Origin: Pseudodesulfovibrio mercurii
GTDB lineage: Bacteria; Desulfobacterota; Desulfovibrionia; Desulfovibrionales; Desulfovibrionaceae
DNA length: 32,000 nucleotides
NCBI RefSeq assembly: GCF_000189295.2
Contig: NC_016803.1
Location: 60,001 to 92,000 of the forward strand
Direction of reading: 5' to 3'
The notes beneath the pieces were generated by a model that was not told the origin of the DNA, made no database searches, and saw only the letters and a program-made list of their open reading frames with translations. This document shows positions 1-7,389 of the stretch, piece after piece. Each line of letters opens with the position of its first letter. Position 1 is the stretch's first letter. A program made the translations under genes and the position numbers.

Positions 1-1370
1 CCACGGATCTGCGCCCGGACTCCACCTTCGAGGGCAACATCTATTTCGACGGCAACGACGACTACGAGTACACCATCCAGTTCGTGGCCTCCAACGCGGG
101 CGACCCCGTGGGGCAGGTGGGCTCGGGCGCCTCGGCGGCCAAGTTCAAGGTCTCCCTGGACGGCGGCGTGACCTGGCTGACGGACGAGGCGGGCAACACG
201 CGGTATTTCTCGGCCCGGGAATACGACGACCGGGTCAACGTCGAGGGGCTGCAGATCTGGTTCGGCTCGGCCACGGACTCCCAGGGCTCGCCCACGGGCA
301 CCTTCGTGGACGGCGACCGCTTCATCATCAGCCCGCACCAGGGGCTGTACTGGGTGCAGAACACCTCCCACGCCGAGGAGATCACCCCGCAGCTGCACTT
401 CAACGGCGAGGAGAACACCGAGCGGCTCACGGGCGGCTCCATCGCCGCGCTGCTCTCCTTCCGCGACAACTACGTGGGCAAGTACCGGTCCAAGCTCGAC
501 GAGCTGTCCGGGACCGTCATCTGGGAGACCAACCGGCGGCACAGCCAGGGCGCGGGGCTCCAGGCCTTCACCGTGGCCGACGGGACCTACGGGGTGGACT
601 ACATCGACAAGGCGCTGGGCAGCGACTCCACGGGGCTGGCCTTCGGCGACAAGCTCCAGTCCGGCAGCTCGTTCATGTACATCTACAATGCCTCCACCGG
701 ACTGCTGGCCTCCAGCGCGGCGCTCGACTTCGACGGCAGCGGCGGGACCTTCAACCCGGAGATCCACACCCTGGAGGACGTGCGCGACGCCTTCAACCGG
801 ACCTACGCGGGGGCCATCAACGCGACCATCGTCAACAACAAGCTGCGCCTGGAGGCCGAGGACGGCTACACCTTCGCCTTCGGCACGGACACGGCCGGGC
901 TCTACGCGGGGCTGGGGCTGAACACCTTCTTCAAGGGCGACGACGCGAATTCCATGGCCATCAACGAGAAGATCACGAGCGACCTGGACTACCTGGCCAC
1001 GGGCCACGTCAACGGGGCCGGAGAGATGAACACCGGCGACAACACCACGGCCCTGTCCATGTACGCCCTGCGCGAGGTCAGCGTGACCACGTCAACGGCC
1101 TTCGAGGGGACCACCTCGCAGACCATCCTCGACTACTACAACGGCATCGTGGGCAACGTGGGCACGGACACCAACCGGGCGCAGTTCAATCAGAATTTCT
1201 ACCAGACCCTGGCCAACGACCTGAACGACCGCCAGCAGGAGGTCTCGGGCGTGAACCTGGACGAGGAGATGAGCGATCTCATCCGGTACCAGGCCTCGTA
1301 CACGGCGGCGGCCAAGCTGATCACCACGGCGGACGAAATGCTCCAGACCATCCTGTCGCTCAAACCGTAG
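1..1370 (+). CDS. flgK: Flagellar hook-associated protein 1 (FlgK), 5'-truncated at window edge
   Basis: The frame is open from nt 3, and the track 'M' at 84 is an internal GTG. The C-terminus NLDEEMSDLIRYQASYTAAAKLITTADEMLQTILSLKP is the conserved FlgK C-terminal helix. flgL follows 16 nt downstream. Confidence 0.85.
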   Translation, partial: TDLRPDSTFEGNIYFDGNDDYEYTIQFVASNAGDPVGQVGSGASAAKFKVSLDGGVTWLTDEAGNTRYFSAREYDDRVNVEGLQIWFGSATDSQGSPTGTFVDGDRFIISPHQGLYWVQNTSHAEEITPQLHFNGEENTERLTGGSIAALLSFRDNYVGKYRSKLDELSGTVIWETNRRHSQGAGLQAFTVADGTYGVDYIDKALGSDSTGLAFGDKLQSGSSFMYIYNASTGLLASSAALDFDGSGGTFNPEIHTLEDVRDAFNRTYAGAINATIVNNKLRLEAEDGYTFAFGTDTAGLYAGLGLNTFFKGDDANSMAINEKITSDLDYLATGHVNGAGEMNTGDNTTALSMYALREVSVTTSTAFEGTTSQTILDYYNGIVGNVGTDTNRAQFNQNFYQTLANDLNDRQQEVSGVNLDEEMSDLIRYQASYTAAAKLITTADEMLQTILSLKP

Positions 1371-1386
1371 GCGGGGAGAACCGGCA

Positions 1387-3051
1387 ATGCGCGTGACACA
1401 ACAGATGCTCTTCGACCGGTACGTGTTCAACCTGAACACGTCCCTGACCTCGCTCATGGACCTGAACATCAAGGCCCAGACCCAGAAGGCGATCAACAAG
1501 CCCAGCGACGACCCCACGGGCATGACCCGCATCCTGGACCACCGCGACACCCTGCGCTCGCTGGATCAGTATTCGGAGAACATCTCCACGGCCAAGGGGT
1601 GGCTGGGCAGCGCGGACGAGGCGCTGATGCAGGTCTCGACCATCCTGACCCGGGCCAAGGAGCTGGCCACCCAGGCGGCCACCGGCACCGTGGACGACAA
1701 CAACCGCGAGCAGATCAGCTACGAGATGCGCTCCCTGTTCGAGCAGCTCGTCTCCCTGTCCAACTCCGACTTCGAGGACAACTCCATCTTCGCCGGGCAC
1801 AAGACCGACGGCGCGGCCTTCAAGCAGATCATGTGGCTGACCACCAACGACGAGACCTTCGGCAACGCGGAGTTCACGGTCAACGGCTCGTCGGACACCA
1901 CGGTCCTGGTCCAGTATTACGACACCACCGGGGCCACCCCGGTGGGCGGGGACATGAACCTGTCCGACCCCAACCTGGGCGTGCGCTACTCCATCGACGG
2001 CGGGCGCACCTGGAAGACCGACGGCTCCATGACCTTCGTGGGCACCGAGGGGACCCTCAACCTGCCCCAGAGCGGGACCAGCGTGACCTTCCACGGGGAC
2101 GCGACCATCAAGGTCAACGACCCGGACGACGTGTCCGTGTCCGACGGCACCTGGATGTGGATCCGGCCCTCGGCCCAGTACGTGGGCGACGACGAGGACG
2201 CGCCGCCCCTGGTGGATTCCCTGGGACCGGGCGTGAACCTGATCTCGGCCGAGGCCTCGGGCTCCTTCCTGGACTCCAACGTGACCATCCGCATCGACAA
2301 CCAGTCGGCCGCGACCATGGACGAGGACATCCACTATTCCTACAGCCTGGACGGCGGCATCAACTGGGTGACCGGCAACGTGGCCCAGGCCGACACCACG
2401 GCGGACGAGGCCGTGCTGTCCGTGGCCAACGGCGGCATCCTGACGCTCTCGTCCAACGGCTCCAACCAGTTGCAGCCGGGCCAGCAGTTCGTCATCCGCC
2501 CCAGGGTGGCGGCCATCAACCTGGACGTCTCCTCCAGCGAGCAGATCCAGGTCAACAGCGTGGGCAAGGACATCTTCGGCGGCATCTACATGGACCCGGA
2601 CGCGGTCCTGGCGGCCGACGGGTCCATCCTGACGCTGGGCAGCGAGAACGCGAGCCGCGTGTTCCACTCGAACGGCGCGTCGAACATGGCCCTGTCCATC
2701 CAGGGGGACGACGAGTACTCCATGAACCTGTTCGAGGTCATGGGCAACCTGGTGGCCTTCACCGAGACCAACAACCAGACCGGCTGCCAGCAGTCCCTGG
2801 CCAACCTCGTGGAGGCCCAGGAGCACATCATGAACGCCGTGGCCGAGGTGGGCGGCCGGGAGAACCGGCTGGCCGTCAGCCAGACCATCGTGGAGGGGCT
2901 GACCCTGAACGAGAAGTCCCTGCTCAGCTCCATCGAGGACGCGGACGTGTCCGAGCTGATGACCGAGCTGGCCCAGCAGCAGATCGTCTACGAGTCCGTG
3001 CTGCGCTCGACCTCCATGATCATGCAGCTCAATCTTTCAAAGTTTATATAA
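1387..3051 (+). CDS. flgL: Flagellar hook-associated protein 3 (FlgL), unusually long at 554 aa
   Basis: ATG is preceded by GGGGAGAA. The flagellin-type N-terminus (MRVTQQMLFDRYVFNLN...KPSDDPTG) and C-terminus (GGRENRL...LAQQQIVYESVLRSTSMIMQLNLSKFI) are present. It sits directly after flgK. Confidence 0.85.
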   Translation: MRVTQQMLFDRYVFNLNTSLTSLMDLNIKAQTQKAINKPSDDPTGMTRILDHRDTLRSLDQYSENISTAKGWLGSADEALMQVSTILTRAKELATQAATGTVDDNNREQISYEMRSLFEQLVSLSNSDFEDNSIFAGHKTDGAAFKQIMWLTTNDETFGNAEFTVNGSSDTTVLVQYYDTTGATPVGGDMNLSDPNLGVRYSIDGGRTWKTDGSMTFVGTEGTLNLPQSGTSVTFHGDATIKVNDPDDVSVSDGTWMWIRPSAQYVGDDEDAPPLVDSLGPGVNLISAEASGSFLDSNVTIRIDNQSAATMDEDIHYSYSLDGGINWVTGNVAQADTTADEAVLSVANGGILTLSSNGSNQLQPGQQFVIRPRVAAINLDVSSSEQIQVNSVGKDIFGGIYMDPDAVLAADGSILTLGSENASRVFHSNGASNMALSIQGDDEYSMNLFEVMGNLVAFTETNNQTGCQQSLANLVEAQEHIMNAVAEVGGRENRLAVSQTIVEGLTLNEKSLLSSIEDADVSELMTELAQQQIVYESVLRSTSMIMQLNLSKFI

Positions 3052-3156
3052 CTTAAGAAAAATAATGGACTTTACTTGCGTGTGAACCTCATGTAGTCGG
3101 CAAGGCAGCACCCTGCGGGAAACGCGGACAAGCCGAAGGAAAGACCTGGTAACGAC

Positions 3157-3399
3157 ATGTTGATTCTGACCCGGAGACCGGGAGAAAGCCTCTACCTGGG
3201 CGACAATATCAAACTGAAGATCCTGAGCGTTCAGGGGAAGCAGATAAAGATCGGCCTGGACGTGCCCGAGGACATGACCGTCTATCGGGAAGAGGTCTAT
3301 TTGAAGATCAAGGAACAGAACCGGCAGGCGCTGGAAATCAGCCAGCAGGACCTGCTCGCGGCGGCAGCGCTATGGCAAAAGAAAGAACGAAAAAAATAA
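3157..3399 (+). CDS. csrA: Carbon storage regulator CsrA, 80 aa, with the C-terminal extension typical of FliW-partnered CsrA
   Basis: [48 protein letters not shown] is a near-canonical CsrA sequence. Confidence 0.95.
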   Translation: MLILTRRPGESLYLGDNIKLKILSVQGKQIKIGLDVPEDMTVYREEVYLKIKEQNRQALEISQQDLLAAAALWQKKERKK

Positions 3400-3818
3400 T
3401 GACCCGGCTGGGCGAGCGGGAGATCAGCACCGACGCCATCCTCCATTTTCCCCGGGGACTGGTGGGGCTCGAGGACAAGCGCGTGTTCACGCTGTTGCCG
3501 GTCAGGGAAGGGGACTCGCCGTTTCTGCTGTTGCAGTGCGTCACCGATCCGGGCCTCGGCCTGCTGGTGGCCGATCCCTACAGCTTTCTCGACGACTATG
3601 ACGTGAAGATCGAAAATCCGGACCGCAAGGCCCTGAAGGTGGGGAACATCCGGCAGCTGGCCATCCTGGTGACCGTGACCATCCCACAGGACAAACCTGA
3701 AGACACCACCCTCAATCTCCAGGGGCCGATTGTCATCAACACGGAGACGAAGATAGGTCTTCAGATTCCACAGACGGAAGCCGGGTATCCCACGCACTTC
3801 CGGCCGATAGGGTCCTGA
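3399..3818 (+). CDS. fliW: Flagellar assembly factor FliW (CsrA antagonist)
   Basis: [20 protein letters not shown]...PFLLLQCV...LLVADPY...NLQGPIVIN matches the FliW family. The start is taken at the TAATG overlap with the csrA stop. An alternative in-frame ATG at 3372 cannot be excluded. Confidence 0.88.
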   Translation: MTRLGEREISTDAILHFPRGLVGLEDKRVFTLLPVREGDSPFLLLQCVTDPGLGLLVADPYSFLDDYDVKIENPDRKALKVGNIRQLAILVTVTIPQDKPEDTTLNLQGPIVINTETKIGLQIPQTEAGYPTHFRPIGS

Positions 3819-3838
3819 TCGCTCGGTCGTTTCCCTCG

Positions 3839-4147
3839 CTAAACCAGAAGATCCAGGTCGTCGCGGATGAGATTCGCGGCGGCCTTTTTCAGGTCGGGCT
3901 GGTAGGTCCCGTCCTTGACCTGGCGCTTGAGCTCGTCCACCTTTTCGCGGCGGACGTCGGGCGCCTCCTTGGCGGTCTGCAGGGCGGCGCCCCGCAGCCG
4001 GGCCTCGGACGAGAGGACCACGCTGTCGGCGGATTCGCCGGAGGTCTTGACGCTCCCTTGCGTCCGCCGGACCTCCTTGGCCTCGGGCCGTTCGATCTTC
4101 TTGTTTGCGTAAGGGTTCTGATCCCCTACGATGTTTCGAATAACCAT
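3839..4147 (-). CDS. flgM: Anti-sigma-28 factor FlgM
   Basis: 102 aa, with the C-terminal FlgM signature DSVVLSSEA...VRREKVDELKRQVKDGTYQPDLKKAAANLI. GGGAGG lies 6 nt upstream of the ATG. Confidence 0.8.
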   Translation of the reverse strand: MVIRNIVGDQNPYANKKIERPEAKEVRRTQGSVKTSGESADSVVLSSEARLRGAALQTAKEAPDVRREKVDELKRQVKDGTYQPDLKKAAANLIRDDLDLLV

Positions 4148-4174
4148 GTTGTACCTCCCGTGGGGACGGGACTA

Positions 4175-4585
4175 TCAAAGCATGGTGCCATCCACCTTTG
4201 ACAATGCTATTTCCCACAGTCTCCGCATGACCTTGTTCCTCTCGGAACCCTCTACGTCCTGCGGACCCTGCGGCGTCTCCCTGATTATCTGAACGTCGCC
4301 TCCGTCCAGCGGGTACTCGAAGACGTACCGGCTGCCGAATTCGCGCTCCAACTGGTCCAGTACGGCCCGGACCACCGGTGAGCGTTCGGAGTTGACGATC
4401 AGGTTTTCAATGACCTCGTGGGCGATGCGCTGCACCAGTTCCCGGCGCCGGGCCTGCCGGGCGATGTCGTCCGGGGGCTCCGCTCCGCCCATCGCCTGCC
4501 GGAAGCGCGCCAGGCGCTTCGCGCTCGTAAGCTGCTTTCCATAGGTACGCAGCATGTTGCGAACATTGGCTGACGATGCATTCAC
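4175..4585 (-). CDS. Hypothetical protein (~136 aa) co-transcribed upstream of flgM; probable flagellar class III gene
   Basis: The ORF is 4175..4645. The start is placed at GTG 4585, which has AAGGGA 7 nt upstream; ATG at 4554 is an alternative. It lies 27 nt upstream of flgM on the same strand, and a sigma-28-like promoter lies just upstream. I do not recognise a family. Confidence 0.55.
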   Translation of the reverse strand: MNASSANVRNMLRTYGKQLTSAKRLARFRQAMGGAEPPDDIARQARRRELVQRIAHEVIENLIVNSERSPVVRAVLDQLEREFGSRYVFEYPLDGGDVQIIRETPQGPQDVEGSERNKVMRRLWEIALSKVDGTML

Positions 4586-4611
4586 GGTATTATCCCTTTC
4601 CTTGAATGATA

Positions 4612-4638
4612 CAATCGTCCCCGACCAAAAAAACTTTA
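4612..4638 (-). promoter_or_regulatory. Candidate sigma-28 (FliA) promoter for the hypothetical-flgM operon
   Basis: The minus strand reads TAAAGTTT-N11-GACGATTG, against the enteric consensus TAAAGTTT-N11-GCCGATAA. It sits about 25 nt upstream of the GTG start. Confidence 0.45.
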
Positions 4639-4712
4639 GGGGCAAAACGGAAAAAAATCCAGAAAAGCCGCTGGACGAGGTCTGGAAAAATCGTCTGAAA
4701 AGGGGAAAAAGG

Positions 4713-4741
4713 TTGAATGGTTCTCAAAATTTAACTAAAAA
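4713..4741 (+). promoter_or_regulatory. Candidate sigma-70-type promoter for nadK
   Basis: TTGAAT-N17-TAAAAA. The -10 element ends 9 nt before the nadK ATG, and no Shine-Dalgarno sequence is visible. Confidence 0.3.
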
Positions 4742-4750
4742 ATAACGACC

Positions 4751-5602
4751 ATGAACCGCACCGTACGAAAAATGCTCGTCGTGACCAAGCCCGGCGACGC
4801 GGCCGCCAAGGCCGTGCGCACCGCCATGACCGGGTTTCTGACCGAGCGGGGCGTCCCCTTCGAGACCTGCGAACACCGACAGGATTCCTGCGGCGAAGCC
4901 GAGCGCCTGCGCGGTCCCTTCGACCTGGCCGTGGTCCTGGGCGGGGACGGCACCTTCATCGGCGCGGCCCGGCGGCTGCTCCGCCTGGAGATTCCGCTCA
5001 TGGGCGTCAACCTCGGCCGGGTGGGTTTCCTGACCCAGCTGGAGCGCGACCACTGGCGCCCCTGGCTGGCCAGGGTCCTGGACCAGGGGTTCCGGGCGGC
5101 GCACCGTCTGGTCCTGGCCTACCGGGTGGAGCGCGGCGGCGAGCCGGTCCACGCCGGGCTGGCGGTCAACGAACTGGTCGTCAGCCGTGGAGATCTGGCC
5201 CGGCTCATCCACCTGGGCGTGACCTGCGACGGGGTGGCGGTCTCCTCCCTGCGGGCGGACGGGCTCATCGTGTCCACGCCCATGGGCTCCTCGGCCTACG
5301 GGGCGTCGGCGGGCGGCCCCCTGGTCCACGCCGGGCTCGCGGCCCTGTGCGTGACCCCGGTCTGTCCCTTCCTGAACGGCTTCAAGCCGCTGGTCCTGCC
5401 GCCGGACGTGGTCCTGGGCGTGCGCGTGGAGGAACAGGCGGGCGAGGTCAACGTGACCGAGGACGGGCAGGGCCTGGTCCGGCTCATGCCGGGCGACGAG
5501 GTGGTCGTGGAGAAGTCGCCCACCGACCTGCTGGTGGCGGACCTGGGGCCGGACGCGTATTTCGCGAAATTGAAGAAACACGGTTTCCTGATCGAGAGGT
5601 GA
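4751..5602 (+). CDS. nadK: NAD(+) kinase
   Basis: Motifs VVLGGDGTFIGAAR, GVNLGRVGFLT and DGLIVSTPMGSSAYGASAGGP are present. Confidence 0.9.
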   Translation: MNRTVRKMLVVTKPGDAAAKAVRTAMTGFLTERGVPFETCEHRQDSCGEAERLRGPFDLAVVLGGDGTFIGAARRLLRLEIPLMGVNLGRVGFLTQLERDHWRPWLARVLDQGFRAAHRLVLAYRVERGGEPVHAGLAVNELVVSRGDLARLIHLGVTCDGVAVSSLRADGLIVSTPMGSSAYGASAGGPLVHAGLAALCVTPVCPFLNGFKPLVLPPDVVLGVRVEEQAGEVNVTEDGQGLVRLMPGDEVVVEKSPTDLLVADLGPDAYFAKLKKHGFLIER

Positions 5603-5604
5603 AC

Positions 5605-7368
5605 ATGGGATTGGCCAAAGAGTACGATTCGGTCCTGGACGTCCGATACGGACTGGACCCCGCCCTGGACGCGCTGCTGCTCCACTTCATGTCGGAAAAC
5701 CATCTGGAATACACCATCGACCCCCTCAAGAACGCCTCCGGCGAACAGATGCGCTTCATGATCGCCCTGCGGGAGGGGGAGTTCTACGCCCCATGTTCGG
5801 ACTGGATGTTCTTCATGCTCCTGGACCAGCGGCTGCCGGACCGGCTGCTGCAAAAGTACCTGGAGCAGTGGAAGCGGTTCCTGCACCTGTCCCGCGACTT
5901 CTGCGCGGACCGCATGATGGCCCGGCGGTTCATCCAGCTGGCCCGGCACAAGTTCCGCATGGTCCTGGCCTCGCCCATCCTCATGCCCTCGCGGCTGATG
6001 AAGTGGTTCGTCACCATCTTCATGACCCAGTCCGGCATCGACGATCCCTACCTGCACATCCGGCGGGGCCTCAACCGGCGGGCCGCCGAGATGGTCGGAA
6101 GCGCGGACTTCGACGAGATGGTCCACGCCAGCCCGGTGGGCGGCGACCTGGGCGGCCGGACCGACGACCTGCGCTTCCGGCTCGACCGGCTGGAGATCGA
6201 GCGGCTCATGCGCATCGCCACCTTCACGGACCACTGGAATCCGGAGATGTTTTCCCTGGACGGGCTGCGCGCCTCGGGCATGGCCGAGGAGGTGCGCGAG
6301 GGCTCGGACCTCCTGGACCCCATGTTCGAGCTGTTGGGCAAGGACGGGGAGCAGCGCCGCCGCATCCTCTACCTGCCCAACCGGGCGGGCGGCATCCTGT
6401 TCGACCTCAAGGTGGTCAAGGCACTGCTCCGGCTGGGCCACCGCGTGGTCATGGCCCTGAAGGAGGGGTTCTTCTTCGACCACCCGACCTTCTGGGACCG
6501 GGACACGGACCTGGAGCTGGCCAAGGCCTTCGAGGGCGCGCACTTCGTCAGCGAGGACAAGCTTTCCAAAAACGACCTGCTGGCCGTCATGGCCCGCCAT
6601 CCGTTCATCGTCATCTCCGACGGCACGCGCGAGAAGTTCAACCCCTACCGGACCTCGGTGACCTTCGCCAGGGCCTGGAAGGAGTGCGACCTGATCCTGG
6701 CCAAGGGCGAGGACATGTACGACCGGCTGATCCTCAACTCCCACGAGTTCACCCGGGACATCCTCAATTTCCGCCGGGACGCCGAGGGCGAGTTCCACGT
6801 GCACTTCCGGGCCAAGCCCGAGCGGGTGCGCATCTTCTCGGAGCAGTACATCACCGGCAAGGCCGACGAGATCATCCGGGAGATGCGCCTGGCCCGCGCC
6901 CAGGGCAAGACGATCATGTTCTATTCCGGGATCATCGGCTCGGTGCCCGGCCAGACCCAGGCGGCCATCGAGGTCATCACCACCTTCGTCAGCCACCTGC
7001 GCGGACAGCTGGACGACGTGTACATCATCAATCCCGGCGAGCACTTCGAGGAGGGCATGGACGCCGACGACCTGATGTTCATGTGGGAAAAGGTCCAGCG
7101 CAGCGGGTATATCAATGTCTGGCGTTTCCAGACGTATTTCGATATTGAGAAGAGCTTCGAGCTGATGGGCCGCAAGGTGCCCCCGGTCTGGGCCGGCAAG
7201 GACTCCACCTACTCCACGGGCTGCACCAAGGAGATGCACATCGCCTTGGACGTGCAGCGGGCCCACCCGGAATTGCAGATCATCGGCCCCAGCCCCGAGA
7301 AGTTCTTCCGGCGGCGGGAGTACGGGGTGGGCAAGTTCTGCGACGTGGCCATCGATTCGTGCGGCTAG
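5605..7368 (+). CDS. Conserved hypothetical protein, 587 aa, with a degenerate DUF89/ARMT1-like central region
   Basis: The real start is the ATG at 5605 (MGLAKEY...), 2 nt after the nadK stop, with GAGAGG upstream. The track's 5347 start overlaps nadK out of frame. The central segment ILYLPNRAGGILFDLKVVKALLRLGHRVVMALKEGFFFDHPT...DLILAKGEDMYDRL resembles the DUF89 core. This is from memory of that family, not a search. Confidence 0.7.
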   Translation: MGLAKEYDSVLDVRYGLDPALDALLLHFMSENHLEYTIDPLKNASGEQMRFMIALREGEFYAPCSDWMFFMLLDQRLPDRLLQKYLEQWKRFLHLSRDFCADRMMARRFIQLARHKFRMVLASPILMPSRLMKWFVTIFMTQSGIDDPYLHIRRGLNRRAAEMVGSADFDEMVHASPVGGDLGGRTDDLRFRLDRLEIERLMRIATFTDHWNPEMFSLDGLRASGMAEEVREGSDLLDPMFELLGKDGEQRRRILYLPNRAGGILFDLKVVKALLRLGHRVVMALKEGFFFDHPTFWDRDTDLELAKAFEGAHFVSEDKLSKNDLLAVMARHPFIVISDGTREKFNPYRTSVTFARAWKECDLILAKGEDMYDRLILNSHEFTRDILNFRRDAEGEFHVHFRAKPERVRIFSEQYITGKADEIIREMRLARAQGKTIMFYSGIIGSVPGQTQAAIEVITTFVSHLRGQLDDVYIINPGEHFEEGMDADDLMFMWEKVQRSGYINVWRFQTYFDIEKSFELMGRKVPPVWAGKDSTYSTGCTKEMHIALDVQRAHPELQIIGPSPEKFFRRREYGVGKFCDVAIDSCG

Positions 7369-7389
7369 GAAGACGAAACCAGGTACGCC

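Noticed and set aside
1360-2826. 488-aa ORF antisense to flgL, plus the 485-aa +2 frame ORF at 1599..3056
   Set aside because: Its composition is dominated by G/R/H/V/D/P/A, there are no recognisable motifs, and it is fully nested in a gene with clear homology. This is a typical high-GC shadow ORF.
3297-4217. 306-aa minus-strand ORF spanning csrA, fliW and flgM
   Set aside because: It is Arg/Gly/Pro-rich nonsense. It runs antisense to csrA and fliW and is out of frame with the well-supported flgM.
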